A stretch of 64,000 nt of DNA from Callorhinchus milii (taxonomy: Eukaryota), in NCBI RefSeq assembly GCF_018977255.1, contig NW_024704743.1:76076001-76140000 (forward strand), read 5' to 3'. The notes under the pieces were generated by a model, which worked only from the letters and a program-made list of their open reading frames with translations, was not told the origin of the DNA and did not search any database. This document shows, piece by piece, positions 62,701-64,000 of the stretch. A program made the translations under genes and the position numbers. Each line of letters opens with the position of its first letter. Within the stretch, counting starts at the first letter, position 1.

Positions 62701-63861
62701 CTTTGAAAAATGTTCATCCACAAACTAGACTACACTTTACTGTAAATCCTGTGAATTGCTTTGAGATGTCCTCTGGACGTGAAAGGTACTATATCAGAAG
62801 CAGGATTATATTCACTGGCAAGTGATCTTTAATTGTAATCTTAATTAGTGGGTACCTCCAATAGGACAGAGACTGCCCCCTGTACGTTTCCCTGTTTCTC
62901 CAGGAGGTAAGCAAGTGCATCATGTACGTGATGTTTCTTCACAGCCTAGAAACAAAATGAAAAAAGGCAGTTTTTTTTCCCACTCTCACATATTAGCAAT
63001 ACAATTTCTCACAGATTGTCACAGGTTAACAGTGAATTGCTACCCTAAGACAGGGATGTAGTCTAGTTGAGGTCATCTTATTTCAGAATAAGTTCTGTTT
63101 GAGAGCACATTTTATGAGAATGCATTGGTTGTATGGGAATGATAATCAAATGAGAGACAAATTAGACAGACTGTATGTCTTTACCAACAGGGACACTTTG
63201 AACTGAAACAGCTTTGGTAAAAACATAAAAATGCTGCTGCCTGCCTCACTGAGTAAGCAATAATGTCAGCTGAGTTTCCAAGACTACTCTTCATATTCAG
63301 CAAAGCTTTAGTGACAAGGTCGGACATCCTTACACAGTATCTGCTCATGACAAGTAAAGCAAATGACTGCCCCAGAGGCAGGGCCTACAGCTCCACAGAG
63401 TTCGAAATGGTGCATATCTGACTTCAAGGCAGTCCATTTAGTCCCATTGGTTGTATGAGAATAATAATAAAATTATTTAAGTTATTTTCCTGAAGTGATT
63501 ATCTTAACCCTGAATCAGACTGATGCTTGTAGTACAAGCCATATAAAAGTGGCTCCCCAAGTTTAGCAGTAAGCATCTCGTAACTTGCTGCATGTGTATC
63601 TTTAAGGTTTGGGGTTAACACATGTAAGCAGAGCATTTCCTTTGAAAATAAAATAAATGAAAGAAAAAACATTGCAATACACTCCACTTGAAAACACAAC
63701 CAAGGTTCCATACCTCAATTGCTTCTTCAAGGCGGTAACTCTCGGACATGGTGAGAAACGTTGTCACTAAATCTGGTTTATTTTGACATAACAACTCAAT
63801 GTACTTCTCATGATATTCCGCGTTTAAAAGACTGGCATCCTGGAAAGGCCAAGGTACTGTA
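50593..63861 (-). CDS. VPS8: VPS8-like protein (CORVET subunit), 3' part: 11 exons, gene continues beyond the window
   Basis: Phase-consistent GT-AG exons translate to IELLCQ..YRLEE, AYLLEK.G, LCQR, ALWFPLLE, LGMLDTF.YEQ, TLMETT..LNRDLH.SL.NLRA, a RING-H2 finger (CGIC..CGHIYHSYC..CFKC) and terminal NFQLQLVPPP, collinear with the vertebrate VPS8 C-terminus. Confidence 0.9.
51367..51444 (-). CDS. VPS8: VPS8-like exon (TEDGILDPRQIATFDHMRTVFENPSR)
   Basis: ctttttcag| acceptor, |gtgaga donor, 78 nt. Confidence 0.85.
51533..51574 (-). CDS. VPS8: VPS8-like small exon (IATKATRQTPDKEK)
   Basis: tttttttcag| acceptor, AAG|gtaggt donor, 42 nt, phase 0-0. Confidence 0.7.
51800..52063 (-). mobile_element. 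Deu-domain SINE 5' part in a VPS8 intron
   Basis: Same family as 25595-25790. Confidence 0.7.
52338..52503 (-). CDS. VPS8: VPS8-like exon (CGHIYHSYC...CFKC...PTK)
   Basis: attctag| acceptor, AAG|gtaatc donor, 166 nt; second half of the RING-H2 finger. Confidence 0.9.
52835..53155 (+). mobile_element. Old tRNA-headed SINE of a separate family
   Basis: A-box-like TGGTGTAGTGG head; related fragment at ~10590-10760. Confidence 0.5.
53644..53813 (-). CDS. VPS8: VPS8-like exon (TLMETT...CGIC...EEVILF)
   Basis: ttttcag| acceptor, AG|gtatcg donor, 170 nt; first half of the RING finger. Confidence 0.9.
54040..54417 (-). mobile_element. Longer, older subfamily of the same SINE
   Basis: Same head and tail plus an extra central segment; relatives at 8255-8545 (+), 31033-31277 (-) and 55050-55455 (-). 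Confidence 0.8.
54854..54934 (-). CDS. VPS8: VPS8-like exon (DPGYSMGKFGDVRDLTLGMLDTFVYEQ)
   Basis: ttattag| acceptor, CAG|gtgagt donor, 81 nt. Confidence 0.9.
56709..56791 (-). CDS. VPS8: VPS8-like exon (GIKLLTKMVLNS...ILQKVIQ)
   Basis: tttgaacag| acceptor, CAG|gtaagc donor, 83 nt. Confidence 0.85.
57077..57780 (-). mobile_element. Young L2 3' end in a VPS8 intron
   Basis: Same subfamily as 37100-37710; internal 46-bp tandem duplication at 57162-57253. Confidence 0.9.
58267..58288. repeat. (CA)n microsatellite next to an L2 tail
   Basis: Direct reading. Confidence 0.9.
58552..58633 (-). CDS. VPS8: VPS8-like exon (ALWFPLLELIMAP...FAD)
   Basis: ttttaacag| acceptor, G|gtttgt donor, 82 nt. 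Confidence 0.85.
59597..59712 (-). CDS. VPS8: VPS8-like exon (ELGEFN...LCQRSSRNLNFEQKE)
   Basis: gtattcag| acceptor, GAG|gtaagt donor, 116 nt. Confidence 0.85.
60095..60415 (-). mobile_element. Young tRNA-derived SINE, full length, in a VPS8 intron
   Basis: Same family; followed by a 16-nt duplicate of the head sequence (actgagctacaggact, 60419-60434). Confidence 0.9.
60625..60760 (+). mobile_element. Penelope-like terminal repeat fragment
   Basis: ccgatga..gtcattgacctgaaac..ccacagatgctgcctgacctgctg..ttcagatttccagcatctg; weaker copy at ~28480-28620. Confidence 0.5.
61319..61370 (-). CDS. VPS8: VPS8-like small exon (NLKNKLNSLAESFHFKQ)
   Basis: ctttttccag| acceptor, G|gtaata donor (alternative in-phase donor 9 nt further); supplies the phase 0 to 1 change the next exon needs. 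Confidence 0.7.
62856..62945 (-). CDS. VPS8: VPS8-like exon (AVKKHHVHDALAYLLEKQGNVQGAVSVLLE)
   Basis: tttctag| acceptor, |gtaccc donor, 90 nt. Confidence 0.85.
63714..63861 (-). CDS. VPS8: VPS8-like exon (TVPWPFQ...YRLEEAIE)
   Basis: tttgtag| acceptor, GAG|gtatgg donor, 148 nt. Confidence 0.8.
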
Positions 63862-64000
63862 CTACAAACCAAACACACACACATTAATGTACAAAGTTTG
63901 ACACACGACCAGAACATGAGAATATTACAGGTGTTAAACAAAGTGACGAACAAGATCTGTGAGGTGTGGTGGTTAGTTCAAAAATATGCAAACATAGACC

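Noticed and set aside
50593..63861. VPS41, which is a RING-H2 VPS gene near GPR141 in human
   Set aside because: The peptide blocks and the terminal FQLQL.PPP follow VPS8, not VPS41

Overview
Eukaryotic DNA, very probably from a cartilaginous fish. This is inferred from the L2/CR1 LINE, Deu-domain SINE and Penelope-like repeat content; the short introns may point to a chimaera. Reading splice sites by hand gives: (1) a complete + strand bucky ball/Velo1 germ-plasm (Balbiani body) organiser gene with 5 coding exons (9339-19044, 780 aa); (2) two intact single-coding-exon GPR141-like GPCR genes (27076-27978, 35809-36708) and a decayed third copy (~44874-45400) that the ORF track does not show; (3) the last 11 coding exons of a divergent VPS8-like gene on the - strand (63861 down to 50593, continuing past the window end). 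The rest is mostly retroelement debris, including a young tRNA-derived SINE, an unclassified A-tailed repeat and a perfect 85-bp-arm palindrome. Homology calls rest on my recollection of reference proteins, not on a database search. Repeat boundaries are approximate.
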